Source of the DNA: a virus
Taxonomy: Duplodnaviria; Caudoviricetes
Direction: 5' to 3' (one strand)
IMG/VR virus record: IMGVR_UViG_3300032280_000090
Location: 1 to 58,609 of that record
DNA length: 58,609 nucleotides
Shown here: piece after piece, positions 7,259 to 15,769 of the stretch
Numbering within the stretch: the stretch's first letter is position 1
Layout of the letters: each line of letters starts with the position of its first letter
Translations under genes and position numbers: made by a program
Notes under the pieces: generated by a model
What the model saw: the letters and a program-made list of their open reading frames with translations, nothing else
Database searches by the model: none
What the model was told of the DNA's origin: nothing

Positions 7259-9661
7259 TTACGCAGCAGTATCTGGCCTTGCAGGGTTAGAAACTGCTTG
7301 GATTACATCGCTTTGCCCACCCATGCTCATAGCAGGATTTCCTTGTGGTTGCGGAGTAGCGGCTTGGCGTTGTGAACCACCACTTTTTGAACTAGCGGCA
7401 GCAGGAGCAATATCCGGTGGAGGAGGAAGGTTTTTACCAGCCGAAATGAATTTAACAGCTTGATTATACATATCCCTGAACTTCTTAGTCTCTTCCTTGT
7501 TTGCGCCTTTAGCCTCGGCTTGCGCAATGTGATCGCCAAAGTGTTTCATAGCTTCAACCAAAGGGGCAATTCCTTCTTGTGGCAAGGATCCCTGCGGAAT
7601 GCTCTGGAATACAGGCATGAGTTTCATAGCCATAGTATCTAGGTGAACAAGATCGTTATCTCTTGGTGAAACAGGAACCTCTTGCCCTGCGATGATGGCT
7701 TGTAGCTCAAGCACTTGTTGACGAGTGGCTTCAATAGCAATAGCTTCAATCTGATCCTTCGGAAGAATAACAGACTTAGCGATTGTGTCGCCCATCTTCT
7801 TACTCCAATCCAGACGCATAAGCTCATCTTGGTTCACATTAGGATTACCTGCGTAACGCTGAATAAGAGAATCCAGAATCATTACGTCTTGTTGTGCGGT
7901 ATCTTGGGTCAGTTGAGAAGCAGGACTATATGCCATAAGCATAATATCAGATGGCGGAATGTTCTGCTCAATCATAGACAAGCAGCAAGAAACTGCATCT
8001 TCGTCGAGATGAGGAGGAATATCGAAAGGAACTAGGAAAGTCGGAAGCTCCATGAAGGAACGATCAAAAGCATCGACCACTTCCCTCTTAGCCCAAACAG
8101 CATCTGGGATTTGTTGGCGTTTAATGTCCAGAAGCGTTTTAAGCTCCGCTGCGGTCTTTACGTGTTCAGGGTGGCAAATGCCCCTCTGCATGCGTTCAAC
8201 AGCCTTGGAGAACTGCCTAGAGAAACGCATAAGCACACCCTCACGCAGTTGGTTTTCGATAGCCGCAACACGATTGACTTCTGAAGCAGTACGATTCGAT
8301 GATGTTTCCATCGGTGATCCGGGCAAGAACGTGCCAACTTGGATCTCGGCAAGGTTGCTTACGAATTGGTCGAGTCGCAGGAAGTCATCAACATCGGCAG
8401 GAACATTCTGAGGGATAACCTCATAGCCTTCGGAAACAAAAGCTACAGGATGGTGAACTGTCAAAGGAGCGACACCGACCTTTGCGGTTGGGCCTTTCTT
8501 CAAGAGCAAAAGACCCTTTAGGTATGAGTTATCAATAACTAGGTTTCTGGCCTTTTCGATTGCGATGTGCGTGTTGTAAAGGTCACGACCAGCACCACGG
8601 CTAGACATAAGACTTCCTGAACCAACCTCAACCGCAAACAAAGAAATGCACTCGCTCATGTTATTGTAGCGATCAAGTTGCGTGCATATTTCCTCACCGG
8701 ATTTATCATCAAAAAGGAATCGGCTAATCTTTCCGTGAGGTTCTTTGATTAGGATCTCACCTAGCTCGACATACTTGGCATCGTTCTCGTAGCTTGCGCC
8801 GTAACTTCCCTCACGTGTCCAATCCTCGTAGCGTCTTGCATCCTCGTTAGAATCCAGCGTCCTTCCAGCAGGAGTAGCCGTGTTAATTGCCTTTACCAAA
8901 TTGTTTACGTGCCAACCTGCGGCTGCGGAAATTTCTGGATCTTCAAGAACTGGAAGCAACTCGGAGATTTGGTATCTGCGTTTCCTTCCCCAAATAGGCG
9001 TTTGATCTGCAACTTGTGGCGTTTCGATGCTGAAAAAGGTATAATCTTGGCGAAGGAATTCTGGCTTCCAATCACGAAGGTCATCCCAACAAAGGCCACA
9101 ATAACCGAAGGTTGTGTTTTCATGGACAACTTGCGCTAGAAGATCGTCGAAACCATTCCATCCACGAATGCACTTGGTAATGGCATCACGGAAAACTTTT
9201 GTTTTAGTTTCAGCGTCAACAGATTCGATTGGGTACTTGGCAAAAGTAATAGTTGCGGCTTGTTCCACGACCTGACGGAAAGGTGGCTGAATGCGGCTAA
9301 CCATTGTGGAAAGGAATCCTGTTGGCCTGTTTGATCGCCAGTTTTGACCCATGCTCTCCAGCTTCTTATTCTGGTAAGGAGGCTCAAGATTCAGTTTCTT
9401 TTGGATTAGCTGATTCTTCTTATTCCTTTCAATGTTTTGCTGTTTTAGCCTTCGGTATGCGCTATGGGCTTGCTCGGTATCACGAAATGTCCTGCGTATT
9501 TGGAGGTTCTTAGGATTAACAACCTCATAGTTGCCGATGGTTGGATTAACTATTTCTAAGTCTAAAACCCTAGGAGAATCGTGAGCATCGCCAAGCCTAG
9601 CAGACCTGTTCGCAAACTCGTCCGTGATGATTGGATCTAAAGGTTTTAGTGTTGTTGCCAT
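7259..9661 (-). CDS. Portal protein
   Basis: 800 aa; RTASEV motif typical of podovirus-type portals; Pro/Gln-rich tail; lies between terminase and scaffold. Confidence 0.8.
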   Translation of the reverse strand: MATTLKPLDPIITDEFANRSARLGDAHDSPRVLDLEIVNPTIGNYEVVNPKNLQIRRTFRDTEQAHSAYRRLKQQNIERNKKNQLIQKKLNLEPPYQNKKLESMGQNWRSNRPTGFLSTMVSRIQPPFRQVVEQAATITFAKYPIESVDAETKTKVFRDAITKCIRGWNGFDDLLAQVVHENTTFGYCGLCWDDLRDWKPEFLRQDYTFFSIETPQVADQTPIWGRKRRYQISELLPVLEDPEISAAAGWHVNNLVKAINTATPAGRTLDSNEDARRYEDWTREGSYGASYENDAKYVELGEILIKEPHGKISRFLFDDKSGEEICTQLDRYNNMSECISLFAVEVGSGSLMSSRGAGRDLYNTHIAIEKARNLVIDNSYLKGLLLLKKGPTAKVGVAPLTVHHPVAFVSEGYEVIPQNVPADVDDFLRLDQFVSNLAEIQVGTFLPGSPMETSSNRTASEVNRVAAIENQLREGVLMRFSRQFSKAVERMQRGICHPEHVKTAAELKTLLDIKRQQIPDAVWAKREVVDAFDRSFMELPTFLVPFDIPPHLDEDAVSCCLSMIEQNIPPSDIMLMAYSPASQLTQDTAQQDVMILDSLIQRYAGNPNVNQDELMRLDWSKKMGDTIAKSVILPKDQIEAIAIEATRQQVLELQAIIAGQEVPVSPRDNDLVHLDTMAMKLMPVFQSIPQGSLPQEGIAPLVEAMKHFGDHIAQAEAKGANKEETKKFRDMYNQAVKFISAGKNLPPPPDIAPAAASSKSGGSQRQAATPQPQGNPAMSMGGQSDVIQAVSNPARPDTAA

Positions 9662-9662
9662 A

Positions 9663-10241
9663 TTAAGTATTCAGCCAGCAGTTGTCAGGCGTAGAGGTTG
9701 CACGAGAAATATGCTCTTTGTCAAAGAAAATAGCTGTTCTGTTATCGTGACGCAATACGGCGCATCCTCCTAAGACTGCGCTAGAATCCGTATCACGACC
9801 TTGCCTAATGCTGGCACAAATCCTATCTGCCGCATTTACGCAACTATTACAACCGGATCGCCAGTTGATATTATTAGGACAAGCTCGGCATACTTTTGCC
9901 CTTTGCTCGGCTAAATCATCCGTGACCAGCATGTGAGTCTGATTACTATGAAGAATGTTTTTAGCCCATGTTTGAATATCATTAAGTAGTTCCGTTGTTG
10001 CAGTAGGAGCATTTACGGAAGTAACCGACACCATATCGACCCCATGGCAAAAGTGAGGCCAATTTGTGCAGATATAAGAATTAATATCGCCAGCCACATC
10101 ACCGATAGGCAAGTGGTTCTCGGCACGATAATTGGTTACGTTTTCGATTAGGACATCATAAATGTATCCTTCGATCTTTACGTCTCCGTCGATGTAGTGC
10201 CAGCCTCCGGGGGGAACCATGCCCATAATTGGTGTTGCCAT
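9663..10241 (-). CDS. Cys-rich hypothetical protein (two CxxC motifs)
   Basis: 9 Cys including CRAC and CNSC; abuts the portal gene. Confidence 0.7.
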   Translation of the reverse strand: MATPIMGMVPPGGWHYIDGDVKIEGYIYDVLIENVTNYRAENHLPIGDVAGDINSYICTNWPHFCHGVDMVSVTSVNAPTATTELLNDIQTWAKNILHSNQTHMLVTDDLAEQRAKVCRACPNNINWRSGCNSCVNAADRICASIRQGRDTDSSAVLGGCAVLRHDNRTAIFFDKEHISRATSTPDNCWLNT

Positions 10242-10254
10242 AATTGTTGTTTTG

Positions 10255-10989
10255 TTAGATGCCGTATTTCTTTTTTAGAAGAGGATAGTTCACTTCAATC
10301 TGATTGTCCCTAGTTTTGTGATCTTTCACTAAAGTGCCCCATTTGTCTTTAATGTAATTGTTGCACTTTAATTCTCTGAAGAAGTTCCTGTAAGTGTTAG
10401 CCCCCCCTTGGTTGCTTCTATGAGGGAAGGATCCAGATAGATTATCAAGCCTCATCACAGAACCCTTTCCGGTAACGATACTAAGAAACATATCATAATC
10501 TTCTTTCAGATCGGCTTTCTCATCATAAACCAATCGGGAGTCGGCAAGTATGCAATCGTTAACGATTAGTTTGTTTTTGGTGTAATAGCTTGATTTATAG
10601 TTCCTTGGATTGTCGTTAATAGAAAGCCCAACCAGTTTTATGTTTTCACCAATGGCTCCGATCATCTTCTTAATCACATAATCGAAATCAACTGATACGT
10701 ACTTCTTTAAGTTTATGAACTCTATGAACTTGGTTACATCGTCGCTAAGTTGAAGGCAATGGGAGCAATCGTTGGCAAGAGCGTCAGCCAAAGCTCGGTT
10801 CCTAGCTACAACTATGTTTCCGTCCACCTCGACAACAGCACTTGCGCCGTTGGCTTTATATTGCGGAGCCTCGTTAGGGCATACATACCAAGTGGTATCT
10901 ATATGCTTGGTGATTTTAGTTACATTCTTGGGACGTTGCGTAGAGATACACACAGCCCATATTTTACGGCCATTTATTTTATGCAGCAT
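10255..10989 (-). CDS. TET-associated (TAGT/GREB1-like) glycosyltransferase
   Basis: ISTQR, ARNRAL, LQLSDD, LKEDYD, QGG motifs; overlaps the end of the TET gene. Confidence 0.75.
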   Translation of the reverse strand: MLHKINGRKIWAVCISTQRPKNVTKITKHIDTTWYVCPNEAPQYKANGASAVVEVDGNIVVARNRALADALANDCSHCLQLSDDVTKFIEFINLKKYVSVDFDYVIKKMIGAIGENIKLVGLSINDNPRNYKSSYYTKNKLIVNDCILADSRLVYDEKADLKEDYDMFLSIVTGKGSVMRLDNLSGSFPHRSNQGGANTYRNFFRELKCNNYIKDKWGTLVKDHKTRDNQIEVNYPLLKKKYGI

Positions 10990-11815
10990 TTTTAGTTTTT
11001 AGTTTAGCTTCTCCTGCTCTTTTACGCTCGTACTCGGTGCGACGATTGCGAAGGATTTCAAGTTCTGTTCCGGGAGTCTCGCAGTTCCACATTTGCTGAA
11101 GGCTATAGTAAACAATCGTGTACCTTTTAGCGTCAGGATGGGTTTTCTTAATAGGGGTAACTCCATGAAGAATTCCTTGTCCGTCAAACATAGATAAGGA
11201 TTTGTCAGAGATTTTGAACTTTATGTCGATCTCTGGCATAGCTAGGTAGCCACCCTCAATTCCTTTCTTAAAGCCAAACATAGCCGACCAAACCCCTTTG
11301 TAGTTCCCTGCGTCAAAGTGGTACAGAAGTGGGTTATTGTCGTTAATAATGCCGCTAGTGAACATGGTTGATCCCATGCGGTAATTACCTAAAACCTTCT
11401 CGTCGGTGAGTTGCTGGTGCGCTGAAGATAACTCAGGATTGTTCTTCCGGTAGTAGGATGCGGCGATTTCAGCGGCACGAACGATTGCGTCATGTTGCTT
11501 GGGTGAGTCGCCAGCGAGCGAGGTAGCCCGACAAGGCGCATTACGGATCACATTGCGGGGTGCGTACCCAAAAATCTTAGAAGTCGTTACAAGGCCATTT
11601 GTGCGTGTTGACTTGTCGTATTTGATCTGCGTTAGGGCAGTATAAAAAGAATTAAGATCCTCTTCAACCTTGTCGATATAAACGATAGACAATTTACCAT
11701 CAATATAGATTATGGCATTTTCATCGACTAGGATGCTGCAATCCTTCTCGTCAGCACGACGAAAGCGATATTGCTTTATGTCTATGGCACGCCTAGTTGC
11801 GTGAATTGTTTTCAT
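10979..11815 (-). CDS. TET/JBP-family 2OG-Fe(II) dioxygenase (5-methylpyrimidine oxidase)
   Basis: FTSGIIN, YHFDAGN (HxD), GGYLAMPE, LHGVTPI (distal His), RYTIVYY (2OG-binding Arg). Confidence 0.85.
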   Translation of the reverse strand: MKTIHATRRAIDIKQYRFRRADEKDCSILVDENAIIYIDGKLSIVYIDKVEEDLNSFYTALTQIKYDKSTRTNGLVTTSKIFGYAPRNVIRNAPCRATSLAGDSPKQHDAIVRAAEIAASYYRKNNPELSSAHQQLTDEKVLGNYRMGSTMFTSGIINDNNPLLYHFDAGNYKGVWSAMFGFKKGIEGGYLAMPEIDIKFKISDKSLSMFDGQGILHGVTPIKKTHPDAKRYTIVYYSLQQMWNCETPGTELEILRNRRTEYERKRAGEAKLKTKNAA

Positions 11816-11817
11816 CG

Positions 11818-12471
11818 TTACTCTTGTTGAGTATTGATGTCGTAGCCATTGGTCTCAAGAAGATGGCTAAGAACTTCCGTATTATTGGAAAGGCCAAACT
11901 TCTCAGCGTGTTCACCCATAGCGTCGACGATCTTAGCGTACTCTTCCAAAGGATAAACCAAGATAATCTGGCGAACGCTGGCATCTTCCATGCCTTCTTT
12001 CAGTTCGGCAGGAGTACGAGAGTTGCCTTCGTTGTTAAGGGTTTCAACCTCTTGCCCAACTTGCGTGAACATCTCCATCTCTGCGGTAGAGAACCCAAGC
12101 AACTCTAGGTCGATTTCAGTTTCTTTTAGGTCAGCAAGCTCCAGCTTCAACATCTCTTCGTCCCAACCTGCGTTAAGAGCAATGCGGTTGTCAGCAATAA
12201 CGTAAGCACGCTTTTGGTTCTCGGTAAGATGGTCGATACGAATGCAAGGGACTTTCTCAAGCTGAAGTTTCTGAGCCGCAAGAACACGACCATGACCTGC
12301 TATGATGTCGTTATCGAAACCGATAAGAACAGGGTTATTGAAACCAAACTCACGGATGCTGGCAGCAATTTGTGCCACCTGAGTTTCGCTGTGTGTTCGG
12401 CTATTCCTAGCGTAAGGAATGAGGTTTTTTGTTTCGACTTGTTCTAACTGCGGAGTATTTTTCTTTGTCAT
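11818..12471 (-). CDS. ParB-like N-terminal domain protein
   Basis: LIPYARNSRTH, SIREFGFNNPVLI, IIAGHGRVLAA, YVIADNRIALNAGWD; likely start MTKKN (ORF open to 12504). Confidence 0.88.
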   Translation of the reverse strand: MTKKNTPQLEQVETKNLIPYARNSRTHSETQVAQIAASIREFGFNNPVLIGFDNDIIAGHGRVLAAQKLQLEKVPCIRIDHLTENQKRAYVIADNRIALNAGWDEEMLKLELADLKETEIDLELLGFSTAEMEMFTQVGQEVETLNNEGNSRTPAELKEGMEDASVRQIILVYPLEEYAKIVDAMGEHAEKFGLSNNTEVLSHLLETNGYDINTQQE

Positions 12472-12531
12472 ATTGATTAGGGTTGGTTTTATAGTTCCCC
12501 TCATGGGGGTATTTCAAGTATTATTTCAAAC

Positions 12532-12777
12532 TTAGCTGCGTTTACTGCGACCGCCAATGCACTTCCACTTTCTTCGGCTTAAATTATTAGGGGAGTTAGG
12601 GTCGGATCGCCAATCGCCTTCGATCTTGTTTGACCTAGCGCAATAGGCGTCACCCTTCGCTGTTCCCGGACGGATGCGATCACCGCCATCTTTAGCTTTG
12701 CCAGCCTGACCGAATTTAACAGTACGAGTGCGTCCTGTTTCCTCGTTCTTGATTACTTTCTTAAATCGCTTTTCCAT
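12532..12777 (-). CDS. Small basic conserved phage protein (DUF6321-like)
   Basis: VKFGQAG...YCARS...SPNNLSRRKWKC pattern. Confidence 0.65.
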   Translation of the reverse strand: MEKRFKKVIKNEETGRTRTVKFGQAGKAKDGGDRIRPGTAKGDAYCARSNKIEGDWRSDPNSPNNLSRRKWKCIGGRSKRS

Positions 12778-12923
12778 TACTTCATGCGAGCAGATTTCGC
12801 AGATTGCTTGAAGGCTTTTGCCGTTGGCGCACCCTTAGATCCGGGTTTACGCATCTTCTCTCCGCTACCAGCAGCGATGCGCTTCTTCTTAGCGTGTATA
12901 TTGGCGTAGAGTCCTTGCTTCAT
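12777..12923 (-). CDS. 48-aa highly basic phage protein (not in the ORF track)
   Basis: Translated by hand: MKQGLYANIHAKKKRIAAGSGEKMRKPGSKGAPTAKAFKQSAKSARMK; its stop overlaps the next start. Confidence 0.75.
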   Translation of the reverse strand: MKQGLYANIHAKKKRIAAGSGEKMRKPGSKGAPTAKAFKQSAKSARMK

Positions 12924-13084
12924 CTTCGTTATGATTTGTTTTATTTTTTTAAGGAAGGAACTCCCCTACCTCATAGGAAGTAGGAGAGCGATTTCCCTTT
13001 TACCCCAATCGGCGTCCATTGCTGGCGGCAGTTGGTGAGGCGCAAAGGTAACGAATGAGTTTTCTGTACGCAACAAAAAACTAT

Positions 13085-13154
13085 CAACCAGAGAGGGAGT
13101 CGAACCCTCATCCATGACTGAAGAGCCACATCTTTCCATTTAGACGATCTGGTG
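13085..13154 (-). tRNA. tRNA-Glu-like RNA with a truncated anticodon loop (pseudo-tRNA or tRNA mimic)
   Basis: ACCAGA/TCTGGT acceptor, GTCT-AAATGGAA-AGAT D arm, GAGGG-TTCGACT-CCCTC T arm; anticodon arm TGGCT-CTTC-AGTCA is 3 nt short. Confidence 0.65.
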
Positions 13155-13166
13155 ACTAAATTACAA

Positions 13167-13194
13167 ACTCTACACAAGTTTGCATAAATGGCAA
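13167..13194 (-). promoter_or_regulatory. sigma70 promoter for the tRNA-like RNA
   Basis: TTGCCA-16nt-TAGAGT with extended -10 TG; overlapped by palindrome CAAACT-N7-AGTTTG. Confidence 0.55.
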
Positions 13195-13199
13195 GGTTT

Positions 13200-13792
13200 T
13201 GTATGGGGACGATTAACTGATTTGTTAATTATTGGCAGTCGCCTTAATCGACCTATTTTGCTCACGAACTCGCCATAAATGACGATTCTGTGTCGATTTC
13301 GGGTTTTAACTCGCCACTTTTGCCTCATTAAGAACGCTTTGATTAGATGAATGTAGCCAAATGAACCTGTAGGGGGATCTTACGCCCTAGATCTAATCAA
13401 TTCCCCCTCATTCGATGGAATTAGAAAATGTGTCGTTAGGCGTATAGTAAAAGATTATCCTCTCTGTGAGCTAAAAATACTGATCCCGATAGGGTATACT
13501 TTTTAAAGGGACAGGTTTTAACAAATGCGTCCTTCTAAAAAGGATAGATTCCCATAGAATGAATAGATGCCTGAAAAATAACTCTTTGATAATAAACACC
13601 TTCTATTACTTTTGAATAGTAACGAAAATTTGTAAAAAATTTATGTTCAAAAGATAAACTCCCTAAACTTGCTCAATTTATCACTAATGATAAACTCGGC
13701 AAGCACACTACAAATGACGAATGTAGTGTTCGCAATACATATATCGGGATAATGTCGTATATCTGCAACTTGTAAGCCTAACTGATGAGTTG
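13200..13792. repeat. Non-coding array of about 12 different short palindromes
   Basis: ATTAAC-N6-GTTAAT, GATCT-N8-AGATC, AATTCC-N12-GGAATT, CCCGATAGGG, TTACT-N7-AGTAA, TTTATCA-N4-TGATAAA, ACACTACA-N9-TGTAGTGT, CAACT-N17-AGTTG; no ORF of 60 aa or more. Confidence 0.6.
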
Positions 13793-13864
13793 GCTACCCC
13801 TCGTGGACTTGAACCACGACTAAGCGAGTCAAAGTCGCTTGTGCTACCATTACACCAAAGGGTA
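13791..13864 (-). tRNA. trnQ: tRNA-Gln (UUG) with encoded CCA
   Basis: TACCCTT/AGGGGTA acceptor, GTGT/GCAC D stem, AGCGA-CTTTGAC-TCGCT anticodon arm, CGTGG-TTCAAGT-CCACG T arm, 3' GCCA. Confidence 0.95.
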
Positions 13865-13869
13865 AAAAA

Positions 13870-15765
13870 CTATTCTGACATATCCACAAACTGCATATTG
13901 TCCACAAGGCTTTTCAAACTTCTGCCATAATCTTCAGGTGCTGCCCTTTGCTCCGTCATGGAAGCTATGGCACCGGAGCGTTGGCGCATCAGATAAACCA
14001 AGATTGAGAGCGAGTCGAGAGCGTCAGGACTGCTTGATCGTGTACGCTTGCAGTATTCTCCTTTGCTCTCTACACGAACCATGCCTTGTCCTTTCTGTTT
14101 GTAGCGTCTAGCGGTAGCTTGGCGAACAAGATCCTCGTTACGGAATCCCGGAGAGATTTTTAAGTATTCAAACTCTAGGTACTTTGCCACACCGAAAAGC
14201 AGTTCTGTTACTACGCCATTGTATAGTTCATTTGCCATCTGGCTATCTTCGCCAAGAATATGCGTATCTGAAGCTGCCCAAGAGTAATTAATGCCCATTA
14301 CCTCGGAACCGAAGAGCGTACACAATGAATCGTGAATACCGGATCCGTTGCCAGTACGATCAACTGCCAGCCAATTAGGTTTAATCCTCATTTGGTTACA
14401 GAACTTAATAATTGCCTGAGTTTGTTCCAGCGTGGCTCGTTTCGGGAATGGCATCTGGCTATCTAACTGCAAGGCTGTACGGATAGACTTGAATTCATGG
14501 AAAACACCAGCTTGATCTGTCCAGCCATCGCAGGATCCAAAGCGTCCGTATGAACACATGACTTGATCGTTACCTTCCAAGGCTAAATCGAAAGCGGCTA
14601 AAGGAACAACAGGGCCAACGAAGCGAAGCATACCCATAGCGTTGTTCATCATGCTAGGGGTGATGATGGACATAGCCATTCCCTCCTCGGGGAACCATCC
14701 CCTAGCCATCGTCATAGCTTCGGCAGTTCTACCCCTAGCCATATAGCCCATGAATCCTTGGTAGGTCTGTAGGCCAGCATACACGATCTCTCGCTCCTCT
14801 ACGTTCTCACACTTGGCTGCGTCTAGCCTAAGAACATGGTAGCCTTCTTTACTTTCCCATTGGTAATCGGTTTCGCAGTCGATAGAACTCCAGCCATTAC
14901 GAGGTTCACAGCGTTGCCCGAAGTCGCTAGTGCGATCCTTTGGGTTACTTGCGCCAAAGATTTTGATATGTCCGGGAGAGCCTTGGATGTCGGCAGTGGA
15001 TATGATGTTGTTAATACCCTCCCATACGCCAGCAGGAACTTCTTCAGCCTCGTCAAGAATGACATGGGTACGAGATAGCCTTCCCCAACGCTTGTGTGCC
15101 TTACCGAAGCGTGGGGTAGGATGGAAACCACGAAGCGTTCCATGCCCACTCTCGCCTTTAGGAATGGCGACTAGATGAATGCCTTGCTTGGCATCGTCGC
15201 TGGCTTGGATGCTGGTAACTAAATCCTCGGTCTTGTGGAACTCTGGCCTAACGAGTGCAGTACGATGGAAGTTCTTAATGCTGGCGAAGATGTTACGCTC
15301 GGCATGCTCTCGGGTCAGCGATACAGTCTTGATGTTCGTGTAAAAAGGATCACGAAACCAATCTAAGTAGAACCATGCGGCAGCACCGAAGGATTTACCC
15401 ATAGCTCCTGCGCCTTGGATTAGGAGCAGGTCGTGTTCAAACAGGCAACCCCATGCGTCTCGGGATGACTTGGGACGCCAATCGTACACTTCCGTACCCC
15501 ATAGGATAGTAGCTCCTGCCTCGAAGTGGTCTTTGTCGAGTAGGTGCTGAACAAACTGAAGGACAATCTGCTTGGCAAGGTTTACGTCAATCTCTAGTTC
15601 CTTGGGAGGGTTTAACGCTCCTTCGGCTAGAATCACCTCGGCAGCTAGTAGGATGCCTCTACTTTCATCAGAATCTACTGCAGCCCTAATTTTCTCAGCT
15701 ATTTGGATAGCCGACTCGACACAGCGAGTAGGAGCTTTGATTTCTCTTTTGACTTTAGTGTGCAA
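13870..15765 (-). CDS. terL: Terminase large subunit
   Basis: Walker A GAGAMGKS, Walker B VILDEAEE, ASNP coupling motif, nuclease AFDLA...D, LAVDRTG, SPDALDS. Confidence 0.92.
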   Translation of the reverse strand: MHTKVKREIKAPTRCVESAIQIAEKIRAAVDSDESRGILLAAEVILAEGALNPPKELEIDVNLAKQIVLQFVQHLLDKDHFEAGATILWGTEVYDWRPKSSRDAWGCLFEHDLLLIQGAGAMGKSFGAAAWFYLDWFRDPFYTNIKTVSLTREHAERNIFASIKNFHRTALVRPEFHKTEDLVTSIQASDDAKQGIHLVAIPKGESGHGTLRGFHPTPRFGKAHKRWGRLSRTHVILDEAEEVPAGVWEGINNIISTADIQGSPGHIKIFGASNPKDRTSDFGQRCEPRNGWSSIDCETDYQWESKEGYHVLRLDAAKCENVEEREIVYAGLQTYQGFMGYMARGRTAEAMTMARGWFPEEGMAMSIITPSMMNNAMGMLRFVGPVVPLAAFDLALEGNDQVMCSYGRFGSCDGWTDQAGVFHEFKSIRTALQLDSQMPFPKRATLEQTQAIIKFCNQMRIKPNWLAVDRTGNGSGIHDSLCTLFGSEVMGINYSWAASDTHILGEDSQMANELYNGVVTELLFGVAKYLEFEYLKISPGFRNEDLVRQATARRYKQKGQGMVRVESKGEYCKRTRSSSPDALDSLSILVYLMRQRSGAIASMTEQRAAPEDYGRSLKSLVDNMQFVDMSE

Positions 15766-15769
15766 GATG

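Noticed and set aside
11818-12504. ParB as evidence of a plasmid-prophage partition system
   Set aside because: No ParA and no HTH/dimerisation region; this is the ParB-N type linked to phage DNA-modification genes
13110-13130. Reading the odd tRNA as a UCA (opal suppressor or Sec) tRNA
   Set aside because: Placing TCA at the anticodon destroys anticodon-stem pairing; there is no long variable arm, and TGA is used as a normal stop
12971-13177. 68-aa ORF overlapping the tRNA-like RNA
   Set aside because: It overlaps a structured RNA and its promoter, with no protein-like features
13200-13792. Possible CRISPR or mini-array
   Set aside because: No recurring direct repeat with regular spacers and no cas operon; the Cas4-like nuclease belongs to the recombination module
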